Positions 29,847 to 39,020 of a DNA stretch of 64,000 bases are shown here, in pieces (within the stretch, counting starts at the first letter, position 1; each line of letters starts with the position of its first letter). This DNA comes from an uncultured Rickettsiales bacterium. Lineage in GTDB: Bacteria > Myxococcota_A > UBA796 > UBA9615. Below the pieces are notes generated by a model. That model saw only the letters and a program-made list of their open reading frames with translations, was not told the DNA's origin and did not search any database. Position numbers and translations under genes: made by a program. The stretch spans positions 424-64,423 of the forward strand of contig CAZEKB010000033.1 of the NCBI GenBank assembly GCA_964512225.1, written 5' to 3'.

Positions 29847-30917
29847 ATGAATCGGGTCCTCGGCTTTGCGTTCCTGCTGCTCCTCGGCTGTCCGTCGACC
29901 CGGTCGCAGGCTCCGCCCGCGGACGTGCCGGAGTGCATCGCCGAGCCCGTCCAGGCGGTGCTGGAGAGGGGGAGCTTCGATCCGGTCGGGGCGGTCGTGG
30001 CCGCGCTGGAGACGGCGGACGTGGTGGCCGTGGGCGAGTTCCACCGCCTGGTGGGCGAGATCCGCTTCTTCGCCGACGTCGTCGGTCGCGCGTCGGGCAC
30101 CTTCGACGTGGCGATGGAGCTGCTGCCCGCCTCCCGGCAGGCCGACCTCGACGCCCTCGTCACCGCGGAGTCCTTCGACGAGCGGACTTGGTGGTCGATC
30201 GTCGGGGATCGGCATCAGCTCGTGCCCATGGACGCCGCCGAGTACGTCGAGATCCCGCGCGCCGTGTGGCGGGCCAACCGCGCGCGGGGGGACGAGCCCA
30301 TCCGGCTCATCGGGCTGCTCCCCGACTGTCGCCTGGAGAGTCACCCCTCCCGGGAGGCGGTGATCGACTGCTTCCGCGGTCGGGACGACGCCATGGCGGC
30401 GATCGCGCGTCGCGAGGCCCTCGACCGCGGGCGCACCGTGCTCCTGGGCGCCGGTTCGCTGCACATCGCCCCCCTCGCCGCCGGCCTCGGAGACCTCCGC
30501 TTCGTCGGCGTGGTGCTCGCCGGGCCCGTGGATGACAGCGGGCTCGGCTGGGGGAGCACCTGCGGGGGCCTGTTCCGATCGATGCACGGGGCCCTCGGCC
30601 GCCCGTTCGCGGTGCCCGTCTCGGGACTCCGCCTGCCCGCCGACTGCGTCTCGACGGGGGTCGACACCGTGGTCGAGCTGGGGCCGGTCGCCCGCATGCC
30701 TCCCCCGTCGGCCCCGGACGGGCTCGCCTTCACCGCCATCGGCCCCGACGCCCTGCTGTCCTGGGATCGCTTCCGCGGCGAGTTCCTGTCGGAGCCGCCG
30801 CGGGGCGACGCCGAGAATTGGCGGCTGGAGACCGCCCGCGAGCTCCTCCGGTTCACCGACCGCGAGGAGCCGCCCCCCCGGGCCTGTCCGGACGGGCTCG
30901 GCCGAGACGGGGGATGA
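29847..30917 (+). CDS. ChaN/Tiki-like superfamily lipoprotein
   Basis: LLGC lipobox; VVAVGEFH, VAMELLP...Q..LD, RDD.MA, G..H. Confidence 0.6.
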   Translation: MNRVLGFAFLLLLGCPSTRSQAPPADVPECIAEPVQAVLERGSFDPVGAVVAALETADVVAVGEFHRLVGEIRFFADVVGRASGTFDVAMELLPASRQADLDALVTAESFDERTWWSIVGDRHQLVPMDAAEYVEIPRAVWRANRARGDEPIRLIGLLPDCRLESHPSREAVIDCFRGRDDAMAAIARREALDRGRTVLLGAGSLHIAPLAAGLGDLRFVGVVLAGPVDDSGLGWGSTCGGLFRSMHGALGRPFAVPVSGLRLPADCVSTGVDTVVELGPVARMPPPSAPDGLAFTAIGPDALLSWDRFRGEFLSEPPRGDAENWRLETARELLRFTDREEPPPRACPDGLGRDGG

Positions 30918-30924
30918 TGCGAGC

Positions 30925-31770
30925 GTGCCGCCTCGGTTCACCTACACCCGCCCCCCCCTCACCCAGGGCGCGCTGACCCTCGGACAGGTGGGCGCGGCCC
31001 TCGCGCTCGGCGCCGCTCCCGGGGTGGCCGACGCCTGGGCCGCGGCCGTCCGGGAGCTCCCCGAGGTCGTCCTCGTGGTGGTCGTCCCCTGGCTGGGGCA
31101 CGTCGCCCTCTTCTGGGGCGTCTCGCTCGCCTTCGGCTACGTCGACCGCCACGACCGGCCCGCCTTCATCGCGCGGCATCGCATCCAGTCCGGGGGACGG
31201 CAGCGGCCCCCGCGGGGCAAGGTCCTGCGCAACCTGTTCTGGAACCAGGCCGTGTGGTCTCCCGTCATGCTCTTCGCCATGTGGGGGGTCCTTCACCTCC
31301 GGGGCTGGGCGCCGTCTCCGGACCTCCCCTCGCCGGTCCGGTTCCTGGCCGAGCTGGCGGGCATGGGCGCCCTCTCCGTCGTCTGGTTCTACGCCTCGCA
31401 TCGCTTCCTGCATCGGCCCTGGTGGATGAAGCGCGTGCACCGCATCCACCACGAGTTCCGCACCACCGAGGCCATGGCGTCGGAGTACGCGCATTGGTTC
31501 GAGTTCACCACCGCGAACTTCGGGACCCTCGCGTGCGGCGTCGTGCTGCTCGCGCCCTCGCTGCCGGCCATCTACGTCTACACGGTCGTCGCTCTCTCGA
31601 CCGTGCTCGTGCACCACTCGGGCTACGCGGTGCCGTGGGCCAGCTGGGCCGTGCATCACGACTGGCACCACTTCCGCTACAAGGAGTGCTTCGGCACCCT
31701 CGGCGTGATCGACCGACTGCTCGGCACCGACGAGGAGTTCCGGACCTTCAGCGACGGCGAGACCCGCTAG
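30925..31770 (+). CDS. Sterol desaturase / fatty acid hydroxylase family protein
   Basis: His boxes FY..HRFLH, HRIHH, HHSGY, HHDWHH; start uncertain. Confidence 0.9.
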   Translation: MPPRFTYTRPPLTQGALTLGQVGAALALGAAPGVADAWAAAVRELPEVVLVVVVPWLGHVALFWGVSLAFGYVDRHDRPAFIARHRIQSGGRQRPPRGKVLRNLFWNQAVWSPVMLFAMWGVLHLRGWAPSPDLPSPVRFLAELAGMGALSVVWFYASHRFLHRPWWMKRVHRIHHEFRTTEAMASEYAHWFEFTTANFGTLACGVVLLAPSLPAIYVYTVVALSTVLVHHSGYAVPWASWAVHHDWHHFRYKECFGTLGVIDRLLGTDEEFRTFSDGETR

Positions 31771-31781
31771 AGTTCGCGGCC

Positions 31782-32429
31782 ATGGCATTCGAACGACTCT
31801 TCATCGGCATCGCGGGGATGATCGGGGCGGGCAAGTCGACCCTCGCCCACGCCCTCGGCGCTCACCTGGACATCGACGTCTACTGCGAGCCCGTCGAGGA
31901 CAACGAGTACCTCGCCGACTTCTACCGCGACACCGCCCGCTACTCCTTCGCCACGCAGATCTACCTCCTCAATCGCCGCTTCCAGCAGCACCAGGAGATC
32001 ATCTGGAAGGGGCGGTCCGCGGTGCAGGATCGCACCATCTACGAGGACAGCATCTTCGCGAAGATGCTCGTCGAGATCGGGCTCATGGAGGAGCGCGACT
32101 ACCGCACCTATCAGCAGCTGTTCGCGCACATGAGCAATTTCATGTGTCGCCCGAACGTCATCGTCTACCTGGACGTGAGTCCGGAGCGGTCGATGGAGCG
32201 CATCCGCGGGCGGAAGCGCGACGTCGAGTCCGGGATCTCGGTGGACTACCTCCAGGCGCTGTACGCGGGCTACGAGGAGTTCATCAGCGACATCTCGCGC
32301 ACGATCCCCGTCATCCGCGTCGACTACGACCGCTTCCGCTCCGCCGAGGAGATGGCCGACGTGATCCAGCGCGAGTACCTCGACCACAGCTTCCTGAGGG
32401 ACGCGACGCGCTTCGACCCGACCCGCTGA
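31782..32429 (+). CDS. Deoxynucleoside kinase
   Basis: GMIGAGKST P-loop, EPV..N.YL..FY, QDRTIYED. Confidence 0.92.
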   Translation: MAFERLFIGIAGMIGAGKSTLAHALGAHLDIDVYCEPVEDNEYLADFYRDTARYSFATQIYLLNRRFQQHQEIIWKGRSAVQDRTIYEDSIFAKMLVEIGLMEERDYRTYQQLFAHMSNFMCRPNVIVYLDVSPERSMERIRGRKRDVESGISVDYLQALYAGYEEFISDISRTIPVIRVDYDRFRSAEEMADVIQREYLDHSFLRDATRFDPTR

Positions 32430-33332
32430 CTACGACCCGTCGCCTTCGTAGAACCCGATGAGGGTCGTGAGGAAGAGGGTCGCGCCGACCCCGACGGAAG
32501 ACCGCCGGTTCACCAGCTGCGGGTGGTACGTCCACCGCTTCGGGTCTCCGAACCACGTCGCCAACGGGTGCAGCCGCTTCTCGGCGAGGTCCTCGGCGAT
32601 GAGGTGCTCGGGCATCCATCCCCAGCCCGCGCCCGCCAGGATCGCCTGCCGCTTCATGTGGAAGTCCGGCATGAAGACGACGTTCCGGCTCTCCAGGAAG
32701 GACCCCTTCGACCGTTCCCGGAGCTTCGAGGCGGAGTCGCGCACGACCACCTCGGGGTAATGCACTCGCTCGTGCATCTGGTGGATCGTGTTGCAGAGCG
32801 GGTGCTCGTCGATGGCCACGAGCACCATCTCCAGGGGGGGGAGCGCGTAGGCCTCCAGGTCGTCGTCCATGCCGTCCTCGGCCAGGCCGAGCACGAGCGC
32901 GATGTCGGCCCCTCCTTCGAACCGCTCGATCACGTCCTCCTGATAGGCCACCTCGAGGCGAAGGGGCGTGCGGACGTTCGGGTCGCCGAACCGGCGCAGA
33001 CAGCCCAGGACCGGCTCCATGGGCAGCGCCCCGTCCATCACGACCCGCAGCTCGGGCTCCCACCCCATCGCCATGTCGGCCGCGATGCGCTCCATCTGGT
33101 CGACTTGGCGGAGGATCGAGCGGGCGAGGTCGATGAGATCTCTGGCCCCGACCGCGAGCCCCGGGCTGCCGGGCCGTCGGTCGAAGATCGGGGTGCCGAG
33201 CGCCTCCTCGAGCTTGCGGATCGAGTACCCGACGGCCGACGGGACCTTGTTGAGGTGGGGCGCGGCGTTGCGGTACGAGCCCCAGGTCAGGACGGCGTCG
33301 ACGGCTCGGAGCTGATCAAGGGTGAGTGGCAT
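32430..33332 (-). CDS. LysR family transcriptional regulator
   Basis: N-terminal HTH (GSY..AA..L.K.PSAVGY.I.KLE..LG..IFDR); GAGWGWMP. Confidence 0.9.
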   Translation of the reverse strand: MPLTLDQLRAVDAVLTWGSYRNAAPHLNKVPSAVGYSIRKLEEALGTPIFDRRPGSPGLAVGARDLIDLARSILRQVDQMERIAADMAMGWEPELRVVMDGALPMEPVLGCLRRFGDPNVRTPLRLEVAYQEDVIERFEGGADIALVLGLAEDGMDDDLEAYALPPLEMVLVAIDEHPLCNTIHQMHERVHYPEVVVRDSASKLRERSKGSFLESRNVVFMPDFHMKRQAILAGAGWGWMPEHLIAEDLAEKRLHPLATWFGDPKRWTYHPQLVNRRSSVGVGATLFLTTLIGFYEGDGS

Positions 33333-33383
33333 GACCAGTATTATCGGTCATGACGACCTATGATGACCACTATTTTCGGACAT
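33330..33383. promoter_or_regulatory. Tandem LysR-type binding sites
   Basis: ATGACCAGTATTATCGGTCAT (33331-33351) and ATGACCACTATTTTCGGACAT (33363-33383), both with dyad symmetry. Confidence 0.65.
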
Positions 33384-33459
33384 CGAAGCGGGTCGCACCT
33401 CGCGGGGCGGGCGTCTCCCCCTGCGCGCCCACCGACCAGCGCCGATGTAGGCTCGCTCG

Positions 33460-34464
33460 ATGGCCGTCGAGCGCAGCTACCAGGTCCTCGATCCCACCGC
33501 CGTCGACATCGCCGACGCCGCCCGCGAGACATTCGCCGAGGACGTGCTCGTGGGGCTGTCCGAGCGGCCGAAGCGGATCAGCAGCAAGTACTTCTACGAC
33601 GGGGAGGGGAGCCGGCTCTTCCAGCGGATCACGGATCTGGAGGAGTACTACCTGACCCGGGCCGAGGCGGAGATCTTCGAGACCCGGGGGAGCGAGATCG
33701 TGGCGGCGGTCGGGGACCGGCCCCTCAACCTGGTGGATCTCGGCGCCGGGGACGGGCGCAAGACGGTCCTGCTGCTCGAGCGGCTGCTCGCCGCCGGCGT
33801 GCCGGTCCGGTACGTGCCCATCGACATCTCCGAAGCCGCGATGGCGGAGCTCATCGATTCGATGGGCGCGCGGTTCCCGGAGCTGCCCATCTCGGGCTTG
33901 ATCGCCGAGTACTTCGAAGGCGTGCGTTGGATCGGGCGGCAGAGCGAGCGCCACAACCTCGTCCTGTTCCTGGGCTCCAACATCGGCAACCTGAACAAGC
34001 CCCTCGCGCGGGCGTTCCTGCGACGCCTGTGGCGGGCCCTCAACCCGGGCGACCACGCGCTGGTCGGGTTCGACCTCAAGAAGGACATCGAGCTGTTGCT
34101 GGCGGCCTACAACGACGACCAGGGCATCACCGCGGCGTTCAACCTGAACCTGCTGCGGCGCATCAACATCGAGCTCGGCGCCGACTTCGACGTGTCGAAG
34201 TGGCGCTTCTTCTGCACCTACAACGTATTCAGCGGCGCGATGGAGAGCTACCTCGTGAGCCTCCAGGCCCAGACGGTGCACATCGAGGCCCTGCAGTCGC
34301 GGTTCTCTTTCGCGCCGTGGGAGCCGATCCACACGGAGTACTCGTACAAGTACCTCGACTCGGACATCTCCGGGCTCGCGGAGCACGGGGGCTTCGAGGA
34401 CCAGGCTCGCTTCTACGACTCCAACCGCTGGTTCTGCGACGCGCTCTGGCGGGCCAAGAAGTAA
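33460..34464 (+). CDS. egtD: EgtD-like L-histidine N-alpha-methyltransferase
   Basis: KYFYD..GS.LF..IT.L.EYY.TR.E, DLG.G.G.KT, P.DIS, FLGS.IGN, G.DL.K, AYND..G.TA.FN.N.L..IN, IHTE.SYKY. Confidence 0.85.
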   Translation: MAVERSYQVLDPTAVDIADAARETFAEDVLVGLSERPKRISSKYFYDGEGSRLFQRITDLEEYYLTRAEAEIFETRGSEIVAAVGDRPLNLVDLGAGDGRKTVLLLERLLAAGVPVRYVPIDISEAAMAELIDSMGARFPELPISGLIAEYFEGVRWIGRQSERHNLVLFLGSNIGNLNKPLARAFLRRLWRALNPGDHALVGFDLKKDIELLLAAYNDDQGITAAFNLNLLRRINIELGADFDVSKWRFFCTYNVFSGAMESYLVSLQAQTVHIEALQSRFSFAPWEPIHTEYSYKYLDSDISGLAEHGGFEDQARFYDSNRWFCDALWRAKK

Positions 34465-36600
34465 TCAGCGCTGCAGGCGGGCGGCGAGGGCCGCGAGCAC
34501 GCCCGCGGCGACCGGCGGGTGGTCGCCGAGGAGACCGCGGAACGCGGGGCCGGGGAGCACGAGGACGTCGCACGCCGAGGCGGCGCGGACGCTCGCCGCC
34601 CGGGGGGCGGGGGAGAGCACCGCGAGCTCGCCGATGTACGCGCCGGGGCCCGGGCGCTCCACCTCGACCCCGTCGCGTTCGACCACGAAGCTGCCGGACA
34701 GCAGGAGGTAGACGTCGTCGCCGGGATCGCCCTGGGCGCAGAGCACCTGCCCGCCGTCCAGGGTCCGTCGCCGGGCGACGTCCGCCACCCGGGCGAGGTC
34801 GCCGGGGGGGAGGCCGGCGAGGAGGTCGACGCGCCGCAGCGGTAGGACCGGGTCCAGCTCGGGGACGGGCGCTCCCGCGAGCCGGGCGGCGGCGGCGCGG
34901 ACCCATCGGTCGGGGTCGTGCTCGGCGACGGTCGAGAGGTCGACCGGGTCGGGCCCCGGCGGCGGGGGTTCGAAGGGTCGCCCCGCGGTCGCCAGGATCG
35001 CCCGCAGCGCGTCGGCCACCGGCCGCCCGGCGTGGTCGCACGCGTAGGCCAGGAAGTCGTGCTCGGGGGAGGGCCCGTCCGCCGCCGCGGCGGTCGACGC
35101 CAGCGCCGACAGCCGCGCCTCGTGCCCGCCGATGCGCTCGGCGAGCGCCCCTGCCGGGTCCAGGAGCGCGGTGACGGCGGCCTCGTGGGCGGCCTGGTCG
35201 ACGCCGTAGCGCCGTCGGAGGCGCTCGAGGGTGGGCGCGTCGGCGACCTCGACGATCCCCGCCAGCTCGCGCCCGTACTGCTCTCGCTGCAGGGCGGCCT
35301 CCCGCGCGCGTTCGTCGAAGAGGTCCCGGGTGCGGGACTCGAGCTTCGCGATGATCTTGTCGTGCTCGGAGTCCGAGATGCCGAGCCGCCCCCGGATCGA
35401 GGCGAGGAGGACCAGCCCCGCGCGCCCGAGCACGCCCTCGGCGGCGAGCTCCTTCACCGTCTCGGCGTAGGCGTCGAGGCGCTCCTTGCGGGCCCGCGCT
35501 CGCTCGCCGTGGAGGGTCACGAGCTCGGCGGCGCTGCGGCCCTCGATCGCGTCGTCCCAGCGCCACTTGCGGGCGAGGCGCTTGGCGAATCGCTCCTGCA
35601 CGAAGGTATCCTGATCGCGGCCCCAGCGGCGGACGAGGACGAGGGTGGACGCCAGCACCACGGCGAAGGCGCAGGCTCGCTGGACCCACGGGGGGAACGT
35701 GAGGAGCGTGGGCGCCCCGGCGAAGGCGTAGAAGATGTTGAAGGCAACGAACCCCGCGAGCGCGAGGGACCGGTGCAGGACGACCGCCTCCGCCCCGCCC
35801 CGGGCCGACGCCGCCCGCCGGCAGCTCTCGAACAGCCCGAAGCTCAGGCCGCCGCCGACGAGCAAGGCGAGGGGGGCGGAAACGAGGACGGGGACGGTCG
35901 CGGGAGCGGGCATGACCCGCGTCCAGTCGCCGCTGAAGTACCAGTCCCAGTCCCCCGCGTGCAGGAAATAGTGCCCGTAGAAGGCCGCGACCACGCCGGG
36001 GAACGCGTAGTAGACGAGGCGGCGAGCGCGGCTGTCGGGGTCCTTCCAGTAGGCCTGCTCGACGTCGATGTCCGGACACCGGGGCTTGCAGGCGGAGCAG
36101 CTCGCGCACTGGGAGTTGGCCGCTCCGAAGAGGCGGACAGGCTCCGTGTAGAGCTTCTCGATCGTGCCCACGGGGCACAGGTAGTTGCACCAGGTCTTGC
36201 CGCGGTAGGCCGCGCCCACCACCGCGGCCGTGAGAGCCAGCCCCACGAGGACGGCGGCGAGGGCGGGAGCCGAGCCGTTGATGAGGACGAGGCGCAGCAC
36301 GAGGGCCGCCACCAGCAGGCCGGCCTGGACCGCGAGGCCCCAGCGCTGCAGGAACGGGCCCGCCTTGCGGGTCCCGGCTCGGCCGAGGCGGCCCGGGATC
36401 GAGGCGAAGAACGCGAGGGGGCAGATGCGGCGCCAGGCGTGGAAGCCGAGCACCACGATCCCCAGGGGGAGGGCCGCGATCGCCACGGTCCAGAGCCACC
36501 GGCGGCCGTCCCCGTGGCCCAGCACGGCGGCGACGGCCGCGGCGTAGGCGAGGACGAGGATCCCGCGCGCCCCGGCGTCGATCCGGGACGCCGCGGTCAG
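34465..36600 (-). CDS. Membrane protein with 4Fe-4S-binding motifs and C-terminal cyclic-nucleotide-binding domain; start inferred at a CTG overlapping the upstream TGA
   Basis: WRRICP, WCNYLCP.G, CASCSACKPRCP; LC.QGDPGD..Y....G, GELAVL...PRAASV. Confidence 0.8.
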   Translation of the reverse strand: MTAASRIDAGARGILVLAYAAAVAAVLGHGDGRRWLWTVAIAALPLGIVVLGFHAWRRICPLAFFASIPGRLGRAGTRKAGPFLQRWGLAVQAGLLVAALVLRLVLINGSAPALAAVLVGLALTAAVVGAAYRGKTWCNYLCPVGTIEKLYTEPVRLFGAANSQCASCSACKPRCPDIDVEQAYWKDPDSRARRLVYYAFPGVVAAFYGHYFLHAGDWDWYFSGDWTRVMPAPATVPVLVSAPLALLVGGGLSFGLFESCRRAASARGGAEAVVLHRSLALAGFVAFNIFYAFAGAPTLLTFPPWVQRACAFAVVLASTLVLVRRWGRDQDTFVQERFAKRLARKWRWDDAIEGRSAAELVTLHGERARARKERLDAYAETVKELAAEGVLGRAGLVLLASIRGRLGISDSEHDKIIAKLESRTRDLFDERAREAALQREQYGRELAGIVEVADAPTLERLRRRYGVDQAAHEAAVTALLDPAGALAERIGGHEARLSALASTAAAADGPSPEHDFLAYACDHAGRPVADALRAILATAGRPFEPPPPGPDPVDLSTVAEHDPDRWVRAAAARLAGAPVPELDPVLPLRRVDLLAGLPPGDLARVADVARRRTLDGGQVLCAQGDPGDDVYLLLSGSFVVERDGVEVERPGPGAYIGELAVLSPAPRAASVRAASACDVLVLPGPAFRGLLGDHPPVAAGVLAALAARLQR

Positions 36601-37199
36601 GGCTTCATCTTCGCGAGGATGGCGGCGACGGCGTCGAGGGCGGCGGTGTAGTTCGGCTCGTCCGGCTGGTCCGGGACGATCTCCTGGTAGGTGACCGTGC
36701 CGGTGGAGTCGACGACGGAGACGGACCGCGCGAGCAGCCCCGTCTCCTTGATGTAGAGACCCCACGACTTGCCGAAGGCCCCCGACTCGTAGTCGCTGAG
36801 GGGCCGGACCTGGTCGATCCCGTGGGTCTCGCAGGAGCGGTTCCAGGCGGCGGGCAGGTCACGGCTCACCACGACGACCTCGACGCGCTCGTCGAGGTCC
36901 GCCGCCTTCGAGTTGAACTGGCGCGTGGAGAGGGAGCAGGTGGCCGTGTCGATCGAGGGGAGCACGTAGACGACCCGCACGCGGCCGTCCGCGGGGTCCA
37001 CGGTGACGACGTCGCCCGTTTTCGGGTCGCGGGCGGTGATCTTCGGGGCCTTGCTCCCCACGCCGACGGCGGGTCCGACGAGCGTGTACTGCGTGTCGCC
37101 GCGGCGGTGGAGGCCGGTGCGTTCGTCGTCGTCGGCCTGGGCTGCGGGAACGGTCAGCGTCACCAGCGCGGCAGCGACGACGAGAATCCAAGTGCGCAT
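36597..37199 (-). CDS. tpx: Thiol peroxidase (Tpx-type) with signal peptide
   Basis: PSIDT.TCS..TR.FN, VS.DLP.A..R.C, LSDY, G...GL......LLARSV.V.D..G.V.Y...V....EPNY. Confidence 0.85.
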   Translation of the reverse strand: MRTWILVVAAALVTLTVPAAQADDDERTGLHRRGDTQYTLVGPAVGVGSKAPKITARDPKTGDVVTVDPADGRVRVVYVLPSIDTATCSLSTRQFNSKAADLDERVEVVVVSRDLPAAWNRSCETHGIDQVRPLSDYESGAFGKSWGLYIKETGLLARSVSVVDSTGTVTYQEIVPDQPDEPNYTAALDAVAAILAKMKP

Positions 37200-38173
37200 C
37201 GAGATCTCCTCCGTCGGGGAGTGTACCCGGCGGCTCGAACCGCTGCGGCGAGGGCCGACGCGTCGGGGATCCGGCGCTCCACGAGCGGCTCGAGCGCGCC
37301 CCGCACCACCGCCTCCAGGGCGGGGGGGACGGGGACTCCGTCGCGCCCCTCGAGGTCCTCGAAGCGACCGTGGACGGCGGCGAGGAGGAGGGCGGGGAGG
37401 TTCGGAGCCAGGAACGCGCGCGATCCGCACAGCAGCTCGAAGAGGACGGCGCCCAGGCTGAAGACGTCGGCCGGGGGGCCCAGGTCCTCGCGGCCCATCG
37501 CCTGCTCCGGGCTCATGTAGCCGGGGGTGCCGACGGTGAGGCCGTCCATCGTGAGCGGGGTCTCCACGAGCATGGCGCCCCGGCCGTCCGGCGCCTCGCC
37601 CGCGGCGGCGCGCACGCGGGCCACGCCCCAGTCGAGGACGAGCACCTCGCCGAAGGAGCCGAGCATGACGTTGTCGGGCTTGAGGTCCCGGTGGAGGACG
37701 CCCCGATCGTGAGCGTAGGCGACGGCCTCGCACACCCGGGTGAACGCCTCGAGGAGGCGCTCGCGAGTCCAGACGCGGGCGGTCTCGGGATCGCCCGAGC
37801 GGAGGGCGCGCAGCACGTCGCGCAGGGAGCGCCCCGTGATGTGCTTCATGGCGAAGTAGAGGCGGCCGTCGTCCGTGCGGCCGACGTCGTGTACGGGGAC
37901 GATCCCGGGGTGCTCGAGCTGGGAGGTCACCCGCGCCTCGGCGAGGAAGCGCTCCACCGCGTCCTGCTCGTCGAGGACGTGGGCGTGCAGCACCTTGATG
38001 GCGACGGTGCGACGGAGCTCGGGATCCCAGGCCTCCAGAACCACGCCCATGCCCCCCGAGCCGAGCTCCCGGAGGATGCGGTAGCGCCCGAAGCGGGTGC
38101 CGGGGCCCCCTTCGACGGCGTGGAGGTGGATGAGCGTGGAGGCGGCGCTGAGCGAGACGGCGGTGGAGGACAT
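37160..38173 (-). CDS. Hanks-type Ser/Thr protein kinase (kinase domain only)
   Basis: LGSGGMGVV, VAIK, HRDLKPDN, DWG, GTPGYMSPEQ, DVFSLG. Confidence 0.92.
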   Translation of the reverse strand: MSSTAVSLSAASTLIHLHAVEGGPGTRFGRYRILRELGSGGMGVVLEAWDPELRRTVAIKVLHAHVLDEQDAVERFLAEARVTSQLEHPGIVPVHDVGRTDDGRLYFAMKHITGRSLRDVLRALRSGDPETARVWTRERLLEAFTRVCEAVAYAHDRGVLHRDLKPDNVMLGSFGEVLVLDWGVARVRAAAGEAPDGRGAMLVETPLTMDGLTVGTPGYMSPEQAMGREDLGPPADVFSLGAVLFELLCGSRAFLAPNLPALLLAAVHGRFEDLEGRDGVPVPPALEAVVRGALEPLVERRIPDASALAAAVRAAGYTPRRRRSRCALGFSSSLPRW

Positions 38174-38327
38174 GGGCGGGGCTCCGGGAAGGCAGCAGAG
38201 ATGCCCCCCGGGGGAGCAACCCCCGTGCCGGCGGCGCGATGGGGAGGCGTCGTGCGTTCAGGGGAGGGTGGGACGGGGTGTTTCACGCAGGAGGCGGGGT
38301 GTTTCGCTGCTAGGGTCCCCGCGTTTC

Positions 38328-39017
38328 ATGTCGCGACCCGCGTTCAGCTTCTTCATCCCCTTCTTCAACGAGGAGGCGTCCCTGCGGCGCGCCGTGGAGG
38401 AGAGCCTCGCGGCGTTCGCGGAGCTCGACGACATCGAGATCGTGCTCGTGGACGACGGCTCCGCCGACGCGTCGCCCGGGATGGCGGACGCCTACGCGGC
38501 GGAGCACGATCGGGTGCGGGTGGTGCGTCACGCCGTCAACCGGGGCTACGGCCCCGCGGTGTGTACGGGGTTCCGAGAGTCCCGGGGCGCGATCGTCGGC
38601 TACACGGACGCCGACCTGCCGGTGGACCCGCGGCGCTACCTCGAGGGGCTGCAGCGGATGCACGACCTCGACGTGCTGGTGGGACACCCCCGCGGCTACG
38701 TGCAGCGTCGCCACCGCAAGCTCTACACGAAGGGCTACAACGCCCTGATTCGCGCGATGTTCGGCGTGCGGGTCACCAACATCAACTTCAGCTTCAAGCT
38801 GCTGCGCCGCCACGTGATCGACGGGCTCTCGCTGGACGCCGTGTCGGGGTTCGTCGACGCGCAGATCGTGATCGAGGCGCACCGCGGGGGCGCTACGATC
38901 GGGGAGATGCCGGTCGACTACCAGCCGCGCGAGGCGGGGATCTCGCACTTCGACAGCCCCCTGGCGGCCGTCCCGACGGCTCGGGAGGCGCTGTCCTGGT
39001 GGATGAGGACGCGCTGA
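38328..39017 (+). CDS. Glycosyltransferase family 2 (DPM-synthase-like)
   Basis: IPFFNEE, VDDGS.D, NRGYG.A...G, TDADL. Confidence 0.9.
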   Translation: MSRPAFSFFIPFFNEEASLRRAVEESLAAFAELDDIEIVLVDDGSADASPGMADAYAAEHDRVRVVRHAVNRGYGPAVCTGFRESRGAIVGYTDADLPVDPRRYLEGLQRMHDLDVLVGHPRGYVQRRHRKLYTKGYNALIRAMFGVRVTNINFSFKLLRRHVIDGLSLDAVSGFVDAQIVIEAHRGGATIGEMPVDYQPREAGISHFDSPLAAVPTAREALSWWMRTR

Positions 39018-39020
39018 CCC

